Positions 1 to 11,842 of a DNA stretch of 64,000 nucleotides are shown one piece after another. Source of the stretch: Chiloscyllium plagiosum (taxonomy: Eukaryota); NCBI RefSeq assembly GCF_004010195.1, contig NC_057711.1:74912433-74976432 (forward strand), read 5' to 3'. The position numbers were made by a program, and so were the translations under genes. Under the pieces are notes generated by a model that had not been told where the DNA came from, did not search any database, and was given only the letters and a program-made list of their open reading frames with translations. Every line of letters begins with the position of its first letter. The first letter of the stretch is position 1.

Positions 1-177
1 CCAGGTTGAGGTTATAAATGATTTGTAGACAAATGTGAGCTGACAGTGTTCTCATGTGCCTGCATCCTCTGAATTCAAATAGTAGGGCCTTTGAGGTTCT
101 TCTTCAAAGCAAGCTCAATCAAATCAACGCACGGGGCACTGTATTCGGAGGGCTGAAGATCATTTTCCATGAGGCAT

Positions 178-306
178 ATTCCTGATGAAGGGCTTTTGCC
201 CGAAACGTTGATTCTCCTACACCTCGGATGCTGCCTGACCTGCTATGCTTTTCCAGCTCCACACTCTCAACACTAATCTCTAGCATCTGCAGTCCTCGCT
301 TTTGGC
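178..306 (+). mobile_element. Solo hammerhead-bearing PLE terminal repeat, family A
   Basis: ATTC-CTGATGA-A-GGGC TTTT GCCC-GAAACGTT-GATT at 178-213, followed by the family tail GGATGCTGCCTGACCTGCT..CTTTTCCAGC..CATCTGCAGTCCTC shared with other copies in the window. Confidence 0.85.
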
Positions 307-559
307 TCATGTGCTTGCTAGCTTTGTCCTACTTGGCGGAGATTGTGAGTTGGAAAATTCTATCCAATAAACCTTAGCTAGTTGCTGAAATGCATCTTAT
401 AGACTTTACATATGACAGATTTGATGTGTCAGTATGAAAGGAGTGAACATTTATGGTGGTGGGCAGGGTGCAGATCAAGCAGTCTGGTTGGTGTAGAGCC
501 TCGTGTCTGTTGTTAGAGCTCCAGGCAAGTGAGTATTTGACAAAGAAAAACTCCAGTAA

Positions 560-900
560 TCAATGAAAATCCAAATATACAAATAATTGTCTTCATTGCA
601 TTCCGTACCGCATTGAGATCTGGAATTTGTATCAGCAATCAAATTTGATCAGAATTCCTCCACTGCATCCTCTGAATTAAAAGATTAGGGCCTTTGAATA
701 ATCACTAAAGTTCTTCTTGAAAGCAGGCTCAATGGAATCAATGCACTGGGTACTATATTCAGATGGCTGAAGATCATTTTCCATGCCAGATCCTGATTTT
801 CCGATTCTCAATCAGCTAATATTCCAGTGGAGAACAACAGAACACTTCAACTGTACCTTAGAGCTTGGAGTGTGCCAGCATTGACTTTAATACCAAGAAG
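560..900 (+). mobile_element. RTE-clade LINE remnant (ORF C-terminus); 665-785 has a diverged copy at 61-170
   Basis: Translates TGYYIQMAEDHFPCQIL..SSGEQQ, resembling the RTE motif WTGHVIRMPxxRLPKQIL..RGGQRKRFKD. Confidence 0.55.
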
Positions 901-1344
901 GAGCTTTCAAAATATTGTTCAAAATGACATTAAATTATTATTAGTGGCACAAACTTTGAGTCCCAAGAAAAAGAAGCAACCCTACATTCCAGATGCAACT
1001 AACTAATCAGATACTCTCCCTCCCATTCCCGCCATTGACCAAATATTAGCAGCTGGAGAACTGGTCTGTTCAGTCCTATGAAAACCCGTGTCAGAAACTC
1101 ATGACCATGCATAATCATAATCTCGAAGCAAGGGAAAACGACAAATCCAATATTAGTATTTTTGGCTGCTATAAAATTCTATGTGTTAACCTAATCAGCA
1201 AAATGAACTAGAATTTTATTTTAGCTGCAGTAATTAATGAATCAGATACAGCTCTGACTGTCAATGAGGAAGAACTCAGAAATAATCACCAATTGAAATG
1301 ACTGTATACATTAGCCTAAACCAAAACAAGAACTGATTAAAGAA

Positions 1345-2500
1345 CCACAGAAACATACAGCTATAGAAATGTTACTGTACAGTCAAAGGACATTTAGCCC
1401 ACTGTGTCTGTGCTGCTCAAAAACAAACAGATGCCCATTCTAATCCCGTGTTCCAGCACCTAGTCCATAGCCTCGCAGATTAGTGCTTCACATGCAGATC
1501 CTTAAATGAATTCAGCGTTTCTGCCTCTAACATCAAACCAGGCAGTGAAAATCAAACACCCACTACCCTCCAGGTAAAAGGTTTTTCTTCTTTAATCCTT
1601 TTATCTTGAATCTGTGCATGTGATAATTGACTTTCCCACTTGGGGAAACAGGTCTTTCCACTCTACTCTGTCCATGTCTGTCTTAGTTTTGTACCCCTCA
1701 ATTAAGGTATTCTCAGCCTCCTCTCGTCAAAGGAAAAGAATCCTACTCTATCCAATATTTTCTCATGGAAGTAATTGTTAAGCCCTTGCAAAATTCTGAG
1801 AAATTTCCCCTACTCACCACAGAGAAAATCATGGTCTTCCTGCATAGCAGTGATCACAACTGTCCACAAAATGACAGTTATGATCTAATTAATGTTTCAT
1901 ACAGTCCCACCATTACATCTCCACTTTTGCATTCAATACCTCATCCAGTAAAGGAAAGCATTCTACATACTTTTTTAAACCATCTTATCTACACTGTCCT
2001 ATCAATGATCTGAGGACATGAACTCCAAGGACTGTACCTTTACTCTTCATATTCATCCATTTATTGGGCATTCAATAGATTTTTTTGCATTCTCTGAATG
2101 CATTACCCCAATTTCTCCAGTTCTATTTGCCACTATTTCATGCAATCAACTAAACTATTGCCATCATCCCAAAGTTGACAGCTAACCTCTTCATTATCAA
2201 CTACATAGCTGATTTATATGTCAACTATAAATCTCCCAATCACGCTTCACATTTGAATCCCAATCACAAATACATACCACAAACAACAAGAGACCCAAAA
2301 CTGAACCTGTGGAACATCATTGGAAGCCCCTCTCCATTAGCAAATATGATGATTACCATTACCCTATTTTCCTGATGGTAAGAAAGGATTGGATCTGGCT
2401 CAACATACCCCTGTGCCCCACTGGTGTTCCCTTTTTGGATCAGAAAGAATATGGAATCTGATCAAATGCCTTACTGAAATCCATGTAAATGACATCCAGC
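1345..2500 (-). mobile_element. Degraded CR1 LINE, 3' half
   Basis: Antisense RT motif (ATCAAATGCCTTACTGAAATCCATGTA = YMDFSKAFD) near 2461-2487 and CR1-type 3' region near 1345-1600. Confidence 0.7.
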
Positions 2501-2844
2501 TAGGACTGAATGCTGGTAGTTAGTTGATAAAATTTAAAAAATATTTTTGCACAAGACTAATTTTGTTTATTCAAAGCATTTTGCTGAAACCTACAGTTTA
2601 ATTTCAAAAGGTCCCAGCCTTAAACACTGATTTAACAAGGTTCCAGTGGAAGAGCTTATTTAATTAAAAAAAAGTTGTAACCAGGGTAATTAGGTTTCTT
2701 TGTGTGGCAAACATATAAAACTAGTTAAATTCATAAGACTTAGCATTTAAGTGTAGCTTACAATAACATGCTGTGAGTTGATGATTAATGGAGTTGGATA
2801 ATGAAGGGAAAGAAGTGTTTCTCCGTTTGCTCTTTAAGACTCCA

Positions 2845-3100
2845 AACCGTAAGAAATAGGAATAGGAGCAGGTTATTTGGCCCATCTGGAATACTCCAAC
2901 TTTCGAAAGGATCATGGATGATCCAATATTCCTCACATACACTTCCTTGATCTTTCCCTGTGACCCTTAATTCCCCTACTGATCATAAAGAATCTAATTC
3001 AGCCTTCCATATACACAAGGACTCTGCCCTCTGTGACAAAGAAATTCCAAAGATTCATGACCTTCTAACTACAGGAGAATAAATTACATATTTTCTCCAA
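2845..3100 (-). mobile_element. CR1 3' end fragment
   Basis: AGAAATAGGAATAGGAGCAGG..TTTGGCCCATC tail resembling the CR1 ends at 7545 and 50345. Confidence 0.55.
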
Positions 3101-3237
3101 ATCTAGTGAGTGCCTAACATTTATTTTATTCATCAGGTTTAAAATAGCAGAGTGCCCAGTGGTAAGGTAAATAAAATATATGAAAATTAAAATATGTATA
3201 TGATTGAATACAACTATTATATGTAACTTGAATGCAT

Positions 3238-3645
3238 TCATTATTCACTCGTGGGATGTGAGCATCACTAGCTGGCCAGCATTTATTGCCTGTTCCTAGT
3301 TGCTCTTGAAAAGGTGGTGATGAGCTTCCTTCTTGACCCACTGCAGTCCAAGGGCTGTTGGTTCATTCACAATGTCCTTCGGGAGGGAATTGCATTCACT
3401 CAGTGACAGTGAAGGAACAATGATATATTTCCAAATCATGAGTAGTGAATAGCTTGGAGGGGAACTTACAAGTTGTATTGTTCCCATGTACCTGCTACCC
3501 TTGGCCTTCTAGATGGAAGTGACTGTGGGCTTGGAAAGTAATGTCTACAGATCTTTGGTGAATTTCTGCAGTGCATCTTGCAGATAGTACACATTGCTGC
3601 TGCAGAGTTTCAGTGGTGGAGGGAGTGGGTGCTTGTAAATGTGGG
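3238..3645 (-). mobile_element. L2/CR1-group LINE 3' end
   Basis: Collinear with 48250-48640 (GATGTGxGCATCxCTxGCTGGCCAGCA..TTGGTGAATTTCTGCAGTGCATC). Confidence 0.75.
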
Positions 3646-4875
3646 GGTTGAGAGTATGGTGCTGGAAAAGCACAGCAGGTCAGGCAGCATCTGAAGAGCA
3701 GGAGAATCAACGTTTCGAGCATAGGCCGTTCATCAGGAATGAGGCTTGCGGGCTAAGGGGGCTGAGAGATAAATGGGAGGGAAGTGGGGCTGGGGGGTAG
3801 GTAGCTGAAATGGTGATAGGTAGATGAAGGTGGAGGTGAAGGCGATTGGTCTGAGAGGATGTTGGAGCAGATAGGTGGGAAGGAAGATGGACAGATAGGA
3901 CAGGTCAAGACAGCGGTGCTGAGTTGGAAGGTTGGATCTGGGGTAACATGGGGAGGGAGGGGAAATGAGGAAACTGGTGAAATCCACATTGATCCCATGA
4001 GGAAGGATGGTCCCAAGGAGGAAGATGAGGCATTCTTCCTCAAGGCATTGGATGGTAAGGATTTGGCAATGGAGGAGGCCCAGGATCTGCATGTCCTTGG
4101 GGGAGTGGGAGGGGGAGTTAAAGTGTTCAGCCACAGGGCAGTGGGATTGCTTGGTGCTTGTGTCCGGGAGATGTTCCCTGAAACGTTCCTCAAATAGGCG
4201 CCCTGAATCCCAATGTAGAGGAGACTGCATCAGGAGAAACGGGTACAATAAATGCTGTGTGTGGAAGTGCAGGCAAATCTCTGATGGATGTGGAAGGCTC
4301 CTTTGGGGCCTTCCACATCCATCAGAGAAGATGGAGGCCATTTGGTGTGTTTTGTGGTGGAATTGGTCCACCTAGGAGCAGATGCAGTCAAGGCCAAATC
4401 TTTACCACATGCCGCCTTGGAGGGAGGTGAGGGGGGAGGTGTGGGCACAAGTTTTGCAATTCTTGCAGAGGGGTAGGGTTCAAGGACGGAGGTGCAGGAA
4501 GTGGATGAGATACAGTAGAGGGCATCATCGACCACAAAGGAGAGGAGGCTGTGATCTTTGAAGATGGAGGCCATCTGGTGTGTTCTGTGGTGGAATTGGT
4601 CCTCCCAGGAGCAGATGCAGTCAAGGCCAAACCTTTACCACCCACCGCCTGGAGGAAGAACCGCCTTGGAACCCTTCAACCACACAGGATCAATGTGGAT
4701 TTCACCAATTTCCTCATTTCCCCTCCCCCCACCTTATCCCAGATCCAACCTTCCAACTCGGCACCACCCTCTTGACGTGTCCTACCTGTGCATCTTCCTT
4801 CCCATCTATTCGCTCTACCCTCCTCTCTGACCTATCACCTTCACCCCGCCTTCATCTACCTATCACACTCCCAGT
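3646..4875 (-). mobile_element. Penelope-like retroelement, 5'-truncated: GIY-YIG endonuclease region, 3' UTR, hammerhead terminal repeat, and inverted partial copy at about 4650-4875
   Basis: Frameshifted ORFs give FHIHQRFACTSTHSIYC / GRLFEERFREHL..PVAEHFNSPSHS..EEECLIFLLGTILPHGINVDF (PLE GIY-YIG). The plus-strand RLGTLQPHRINVDFTNF repeats the ORF end in inverted orientation. Confidence 0.9.
3705..3740 (-). ncRNA. Minimal hammerhead ribozyme motif in the PLE 3' terminal repeat (helix II mutated)
   Basis: Reverse complement ATTC-CTGATGA-ACGGCCTATGCTC-GAAACGTT-GATT. Confidence 0.65.
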
Positions 4876-4889
4876 TAAATTCCATTGAA

Positions 4890-5115
4890 TAAGAGGAACT
4901 CCAAGCAACAGACTCACCATCCATGGTTAATCAGCAAGGTTAAAGATAGTATCAAACTTTAAAAAAAAGCATTTAATTGTGCAAACACAGATGACACATC
5001 TGAAGATTGGATAACCTACATACAAATGATAAAAAACTAATAAGGAGGGAAACATTCGAGTACAAGTAAAAGCTAGCTAGAAATATAAAAATAGATAGCA
5101 AGAGTTTCAATAAAT
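4890..5115 (+). mobile_element. CR1 ORF2 fragment
   Basis: PWL..VKDSIKL and KLARNIKIDSKSF motifs. Confidence 0.65.
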
Positions 5116-6199
5116 TGTTTAAAAAGAAAAAAAAACATTAAAACGACCATAACATGGTAGAATTTAGCATTCAGTTTGAACGGGTCAGGATCAAATGTGC
5201 TAACCTTAATTAAGAATAATTATAAATAAATGAGGGGTGAGCAAAGTAGATTGGGAAAAGAGTTTAGCAGCACAGTCAGTTCCAAATGGTTCACAGCAAA
5301 GATACATGCCAGTGAAAAATGAAGATTCTAGGAAGATGATATGCCAATAATGGTTAATCAGAGAAGATGATGATGATAATAATCATAATAATAATATCAG
5401 ATTGAAATGAAAAAATGGACAATGTTGCACAGATTAGTGGTAAGACAGAACATTGGGAAAGTTCTAAAAGCCGATCAAGAAAAAAAGAGAGGGTATAAAG
5501 GGGGTTATGGCGACAGCTGAAATCCATTGCATCCCCATGAGAACACCTTGATCAATCAGTATCTACCTGCTGCATCGTCATGCCAGCTGTGGCCCAACTG
5601 ATCAGCACTCACTTCTCAATCTGTAGAAAATGTTCTTTCCATTTTTAGTCTCTTTCTTTTGTCTTGGTTCTGATGAAAGCAAGATGGAAAGCTTCAATCT
5701 GTTGTCCCCTTTGCTTAAACTCTGTACTACCATGTAACTAAAAAAAATTGGGATGCTAGTTACTGTTGGAACAGCAAGTAAATGAGATCTCATGCTTGTA
5801 CAGTAAATAAAAGTAAGATTTAGATTTTAAAATACCCTCGATTCCAATAAACTAGTCAATTAAATCACAACTTTACTATAATGTCACTGATTTTATTCTT
5901 GAATACAACGGAGCTGCAGTTGTCAGACCCAGTGCCCCTCTGGGGTTTATGTCCCCACCTAATATATCCATGGGTAAAAAGTTATCCTGATGGCAAATCA
6001 GAAGTCACCCAATTATATTTCAGCTTGCTTGTGATTTTACTGCTTTTTCAAAATGTCTATTTGGAGGACCTCCTATTGTATGCTTCTCTCAGTATTGGGC
6101 TGACTGCCTGTCTTGGAGATTTCCACCTGTCTGCACCTGCCAGGCAAATAGAAGTTGATGTTCGTTGATGATTGTGCAATGTTCAATACCAGTCACAAT

Positions 6200-6885
6200 A
6201 CATCAGATCCTGAAGCAGTATGTATCCGGATGCAGCAAGACATGGATGACATTTGGGCTTGAGCTGATAAGTGGCAAGTAACATTTGCACCACATAAATT
6301 TCAAACAGTGGCTATATCTATCAAGACTGAACCTACTCATCTTGCCTTGACATTCATCCAACATTTGTAGCATAGTGATAGTGTTCCTGTCTCTAGTGTA
6401 GGAGGCCTAAATTCAAGGCCCATCTGCTCCAGCAGTGTGTAAGAACATAAACACAAATTGCTCATGAAACTCAGCAAGTCTGGCAGCATCTGTGGAGAGA
6501 AAGCAAAGTTAGTATTTCAAATGTAGTGACCCTTCCTCAGAACTGCAGCAATTCTGATAAAGGGTCACTAGAGTCCAAACATTTACTCTGTCTTCTTTCC
6601 ACAGATGCTGCCAGACCTGCTGACGTTCTTCAGCAAGATCTAGTTCTGGTTCAGATCTTCGGTATCTGCTGATCCTTTTTTCTATTTTGATCTGCCATAA
6701 TATATTTCACCAGGGTGATTAGAAAATATCTGCTTTAACATTCATATCTCTGAACCTTCTCACCATCACATCCTCAGAGTTGAGTAGGCCAAAGGCTGCA
6801 GAAATCTACTGGATGTAACTCACCTCCTGACTCCTCCAAGCCTATCCATCACCTGCATAAGTAAGGTGTGTGATGCAATCCACCC
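6200..6885 (+). mobile_element. L2/CR1-group LINE fragment interrupted by a tRNA-like short element (about 6365-6730), itself interrupted by a fold-back family D element
   Basis: MQQDMDDIWA*ADKWQVTFAPHK before the insertion; LINE resumes about 6735-6885 (AACTCACCTCCTGACTCC). Confidence 0.6.
6448..6680. mobile_element. Inverted pair of degenerate hammerhead-like short repeats, family D
   Basis: Arms about 6450-6544 and 6550-6640 are reverse complements (CAGCAAGTCTGGCAGCATCTGTGGA / TCCACAGATGCTGCCAGACCTGCTG); decayed cores TTCTGAGGAAGGGTCACT..GAAA and TTCTGATAAAGGGTCACT..CAAAC. Confidence 0.7.
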
Positions 6886-6889
6886 ATTT

Positions 6890-7240
6890 GTCACTACTTA
6901 CTCTGTGCTAGATTTGCAAGTCACTTTCGATCTCTTCAATTCTGCCAGAAGAAATTTGGGATGTCCTTGAATATTGGAAGAACAACACACAATTATTAGC
7001 TCATATTTGGGCAGCCAGATGTTGTACCATCCATATAAATTGCAAGAAACATTCTAGATTATGCTGGACACTTCCCTTATCTCAGCAACCATCTCCCTCA
7101 AAAAGTCATTATTTATGAGGAGATCCAACACTGTATCAACTGCATCAGCTCAGCCTTTGTGATAAACTGAGATTGCTAAAGCTTTGAGCAACTTGCAAAA
7201 AAATGCTGCTGGCAGAAAACAAGTCTCAAACACTTGAATA
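6890..7240 (+). mobile_element. RTE-clade LINE RT fragment
   Basis: HFPYLSNHLPQKVIIYEEIQHCINCISSAF at about 7068-7160 matches RTE (HFPYLGS.LS.KA.IDEEIQHRI..AS.AF). Confidence 0.75.
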
Positions 7241-7542
7241 CTATCTGTGATCTGTTACTACACAAATTATCGTAAATATTTAATACATCACAACTCAAAA
7301 GGTAATTTCAAAGTATTTATGCTGCTATAGTTGAGACCTTTGATTTATTATCTAAAAGATTATGTTACCTCAGTGTTGGATTTATAGTGAACTGCTTAGC
7401 GCTGTCACCAGCCATATGTTTGTAACAGACCTTTTGGCACTGAAGAAGTATTGTTGCCTACAATTACACTAAAAATGGTGGGAAAGATATTGAAGTAGAG
7501 CACTGTTCTATGGTAATAAATCTAAGCTAATCAAAATGTCTT

Positions 7543-8590
7543 AATAGACAATAGACAATAGACAATAGGTGCAGGAGTAGGCCATTCTGCCCTTCGAGCC
7601 TGCACCACCATTCAATATGATCATGGCTGATCATCCTTAATCAGTATCCTGTTCCTGCCTTATCTCCATAACCCTTGATTCCACAATCCTTGAGAGCTCT
7701 ATCCAACTCTTTCTCAAATTAATCCAGAGACTGGGCCTCCACTGCCCTCTGGGGCAGAGCAATCCACACAGCCACCACTCTCTGGGTAAAGAAGTTTCTC
7801 CTCGTCTATGTCCTAAATGGTCTACCCCGTATTTTTAAGCTGTGTCCTCTGTTTCGGCACTCACCCCGCAGCGGAAACATGTTGCCTGCCGCCAGAGTGT
7901 CCAATCCTTTGATCATCTTATATGTCTCAACCAGATCCCCTCTCAGTCTTCTAAACTCAAGGGTACACAAGCCCAGTCGCTCCAGTCTTTCAGTGTAAGG
8001 TAATCCCGCCATTCCAGGAATTGACCTCGTGAACCTACGCTGCATTCCCTCAATAGCCAGAATGTCTCTCCTCAAATTTGGAGACCAGAACTGCACACAG
8101 TACTCCAGGTGTGGTCTCACCAGGGCCCTGTACAGCTGCAAAAGCACCTCTTTGCTTCTATACTCAATTCCTCTTGTTATGAAGGCCAGCATGCTATTAG
8201 CCTTCTTCACTACCTGCTGTACCTGCATGCCTACCTTCATTGAGTGGTGTACAAGAACCCCCAGATCTCTCTGTACTGCCCCTTTACCTAAATTGATTCC
8301 ACTTAGGTGGTAATCTGCCTTCCTGTTCTTGCCACCAAAGTGGATAAGGATCCATTTATCCACGTGAAAGTGCATCTGCCATGCATCTGAGCACTCACCT
8401 AACTTGTCCAGGTCACCCTGTAATCTCCTAACATCCTCATCACATTTCACCCTGCCACCCAGCTGATGAAATTTGCGAATGTTATTGCTAATACCATCTT
8501 GTATATCATGAAGATAGATTGTAAAAAGCTGCGGTCCCAGTACTGACCCGTGCGGTACCCCACTGGTCAGTGCCTGGCATTCCGAAATGG
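7543..8590 (-). mobile_element. Young CR1 LINE, 3' about 1 kb with (GTCTATT)n tail
   Basis: TSGVPHGSVLGPQLFTIY..RDLGVLVH..LYRALVRPHLEYCVQFWSP..RLRGDL..RGHSLK; AATAGAC repeats at 7543-7568; FADD motif deleted in frame (RKFHQLGG). Confidence 0.95.
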
Positions 8591-8876
8591 AGGGGTGGAG
8601 GAGTGTGGAAGGATGAGAGAATGCAGGCTGCGGCCCTATGAAGCAGGGGGAGGGCTTGCAGTGGGCCTGTGTGGGGATGTGGGAGACTACAGGAGCCTGG
8701 TGGGCAAGGGCTGGCCTGAAAGGCAGCTGGAGGGACGGAGGGAGGGAAGCACGCACGGAGGAGGAAGAGCAAAGAGAAAAGAGAAAAAAAAGCCAAAGGG
8801 GATAAAGAGAAAGAGCAAGAAAGAAAATGTGGCTGGCCAGCACGCCTTGAAGTAGGCAGAAAAGGCAGGGGCCAGC
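8591..8876 (+). other. Probable 5S rDNA non-transcribed spacer (also 9000-9075 downstream)
   Basis: Abrupt GC- and purine-rich sequence flanking the 5S gene, unlike the AT-rich surroundings; no poly(A) or TSD around the 5S. Confidence 0.65.
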
Positions 8877-8996
8877 GCCTACGGCCATACTAGTCTGAAA
8901 ACGCCAGATCTCGTCTGATCTCGGAAGCTAAGCAGACTCAGGCCTGGTTAGTACTTGGATGGGAGACCGCCTGGGAATACCAGGTGCAGTAGGCTT
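8877..8996 (+). rRNA. 5S rRNA gene (full length, 120 nt)
   Basis: GCCTACGGCCATACTAGTCTG..GATCTCGTCTGATCTCGGAAGCTAAGCAG (box A)..TTAGTACTTGGATGGGAGACCGCCTGGGAATACCAGGTGCAGTAGGCTT (box C); ends pair GCCTAC/GTAGGC. Confidence 0.97.
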
Positions 8997-8999
8997 TTT
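8995..8999 (+). terminator. RNA polymerase III oligo-T terminator of the 5S gene
   Basis: TTTTT at the 3' end of the 5S sequence. Confidence 0.9.
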
Positions 9000-9075
9000 C
9001 CGCCAGCAGTGGCTGCTCAAGCCACCCCTCTGCACTTGTCTTGTGCCAGGCAATGGAGCGGCAGGTTATTTCTGC

Positions 9076-9520
9076 NNNNNNNNNNNNNNNNNNNNNNNNN
9101 NNNNNNNNNNNNNNNNNNNNNNNNNNNNNNNNNNNNNNNNNNNNNNNNNNNNNNNNNNNNNNNNNNNNNNNNNNNNNNNNNNNNNNNNNNNNNNNNNNNN
9201 NNNNNNNNNNNNNNNNNNNNNNNNNNNNNNNNNNNNNNNNNNNNNNNNNNNNNNNNNNNNNNNNNNNNNNNNNNNNNNNNNNNNNNNNNNNNNNNNNNNN
9301 NNNNNNNNNNNNNNNNNNNNNNNNNNNNNNNNNNNNNNNNNNNNNNNNNNNNNNNNNNNNNNNNNNNNNNNNNNNNNNNNNNNNNNNNNNNNNNNNNNNN
9401 NNNNNNNNNNNNNNNNNNNNNNNNNNNNNNNNNNNNNNNNNNNNNNNNNNNNNNNNNNNNNNNNNNNNNNNNNNNNNNNNNNNNNNNNNNNNNNNNNNNN
9501 NNNNNNNNNNNNNNNNNNNC
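9076..9520. other. Assembly gap
   Basis: Run of N. Confidence 1.
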
Positions 9521-9700
9521 CAATTTTAGTCTTAACCATTTTTTTGCCTTTCGTATACCTAAAAAAGCTTTTACTATCCTCCTTTATATTTTTGGCCAGT
9601 TTACCTTCATACCTCATTTTTTCTCTGCGTATTGCCTTCTTAGTAATCCTCTGTTGTTCTTTAAAAGCTTCCCAGTCCTCCGTTTTCCCATTATCTTTGC
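9521..9700 (-). mobile_element. CR1 ORF2 fragment upstream of the RT domain
   Basis: MRYEGKLAKNIKEDSKSFFRYTKGKKMVKTKI. Confidence 0.85.
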
Positions 9701-10351
9701 TATTATCTTCAGTTCAGTCTAGCTAGGACATAACTGAATTTTGCTAGCATTATTGAGTAAGAAAATATAAAATATGGCAAAATTTCCATACTTGAAATTG
9801 GAAACTTCCCTTTTCTGTTGAGCAAATTAGCAAAATATTGAGAAAAGAAAGTTATATGAAGACTGTACTTCAAGTATTGTGGATTTGTCTATGGTATACA
9901 AAGCACCCAGTGACTGAAAAGAACACAATACTTGGAACTGAACTGATAATAACATAGTGCTTGGCATTTTCTGCAATATTTACAGTGGTGATAGTAATCA
10001 TTAATCAAATATTGCTGACACAAAATATATAAGAAACATTTTATACTTCAGGATATCATTTGAAGGAATTCTGATTTGTGTATAAGTTAACAAATATGGG
10101 AATGATGAATCCTAATTTATTTATGTCTTAGAAAATACATTTTTTATACATTCACGATGCAAATATACTTCAGTTAAATGCATATATAGAATTTTTTTCA
10201 CCACGAAACCAAACATTCTCTTCCTCCACAACCGCTTCTACCTTATTTGAAGTTTTTAATTTATTTAATTGTCCTGCCTCGGGCAAGCAATTTGAGCAAA
10301 ACTACTGTATGCATGTTAAGTGCTCAAAACTTAGTTTCCAATGGATAATAT

Positions 10352-10656
10352 CATAAAATCCCTCCAATGTGGAAACAGGCCATCTGCCCCACAAGCCCAC
10401 ACACAACAATCTGAAGGGCATCCCCACCCAGACTCCCCCCATACCCTATCTCTGTATTTCCCATGGTTAATTCATCTAATCTGCACACTATGGGCAATTT
10501 AATGTAGCCAAGCCCCCTAACTTGCACATCTTTGGATGTGGGAGGAAGCCCACGCAGCCACAGGGAGAATGTGCAAACTCCACAGAGACAGTCACTTGAG
10601 GCTGGAATTGAACTCAGGTCCCTGAGGCAGAAGTGCTAACCATTGTGCCACCATGC
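10352..10656 (-). mobile_element. HE1-type V-SINE (diverged)
   Basis: Reverse complement of the tRNA head, V-domain and GGCCTGTTTCCAC tail seen at 35611. Confidence 0.85.
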
Positions 10657-11842
10657 GTGCAAATGATGTGACTTAGATGAATAGTGTTACTCAATATGAT
10701 AGGGGAATGTTATAATCATAGATGTCCCCAAAAGATGTGATTGATATAAATTTCAATTATTAGAAAGAGTTAATGATAGAATAGATGGGAAGTTGGTTTT
10801 GTATACTAATATTTTATGAATTTCTTGATTATTAAATAAATTATGGTTATTTATATAAAGAACTACTCTGGTTAGGTGGTTTTAGTGTGAAAACGTCAAA
10901 GTTAACATGAAAGGTTTATGATTTACTAACCAGTCACAATTTGTACAAGACATTGATGTGAGGAGAATAAGTCCTGAATATCTGAAAAGGTGCACCTTAA
11001 TAATTACACCTGAACTCACTTTTCCATCCCTTTCTGCCAGGAGCACGTCAGATAATTGTCCAAAAAAAAATCAGTTTTGTTTTTAAAAGAAATCCCTTTG
11101 CATTCATTTTCAGAGAGTCAGGCCCTGGTCCTCATTTGAACCTTGCAGTGAGGCTCACCTTCATCCTTCAGGAAGCTAGTACATCTACTTGTGCTGGGCA
11201 TGTCAAACTTCAAACAGTCAGGGAAATCTGATCTGCCAGTGTAGATGGTTCCTTTTCTCAGTCCTTCAGGTAGGTTTGTTTGATGTGAAAGTTATTTTAT
11301 AACTGAGACCATTGGAAACTTTGTTATAATGTTGGGAGCTGTTGTTTCCAAGTCCTAGCCTAACCTTTAGTTGCTCTGCAAGACTCACGCTACAGATGCA
11401 GTCTGCCAGAGTAAAAGGGCAAATTGTCAGCTGAAAATGCATGTAAAAACTAAGAAGGTGACCTCGATGTGGGAGGAATTTAAATGTAACTTAAAAATAC
11501 ATGTTGTCCTTCCCCACCCCAATCTGATATTTTCCTTCCAGTAATCTCTGTGATCTAACATTCACAGTACTTCTGTTTTCCCTTTAGTAGCATCTATTGA
11601 TTTTAATTTATATTAGTTTTTGTTATTCTTTGTCCAATTTGGTTACCATATTTTTAGAGTCCAATTGGAAAATCATCCATCTCTTAGGCATGTGATTGAT
11701 GCAAGTTCAGGTAAGGTCTTTACTGTTTGAAGTTTCTGTGCATTGGCACCTCACGGTCCAATGCCCAGGAAAGACATTGCCTCAAGGCTGCTGAGTTATG
11801 AAGTTATATCTTCATGGTTGTGAATCCTCCTCTAATGTCTGG

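Noticed and set aside
7806..8888. 360-aa ORF as a novel membrane-anchored reverse transcriptase
   Set aside because: The N-terminal ~100 aa is antisense purine-rich 5S spacer. The rest is a partial CR1 RT that has lost the catalytic FADD motif, so this is a chance fusion.
7543..8996. 5S-derived SINE3 (5S head plus CR1 tail)
   Set aside because: The CR1 lies upstream and on the opposite strand, and the 5S has its own terminator and spacer.
8955..9726. Long ORFs across the first gap (likewise 20883-21977)
   Set aside because: Artifacts of N runs.
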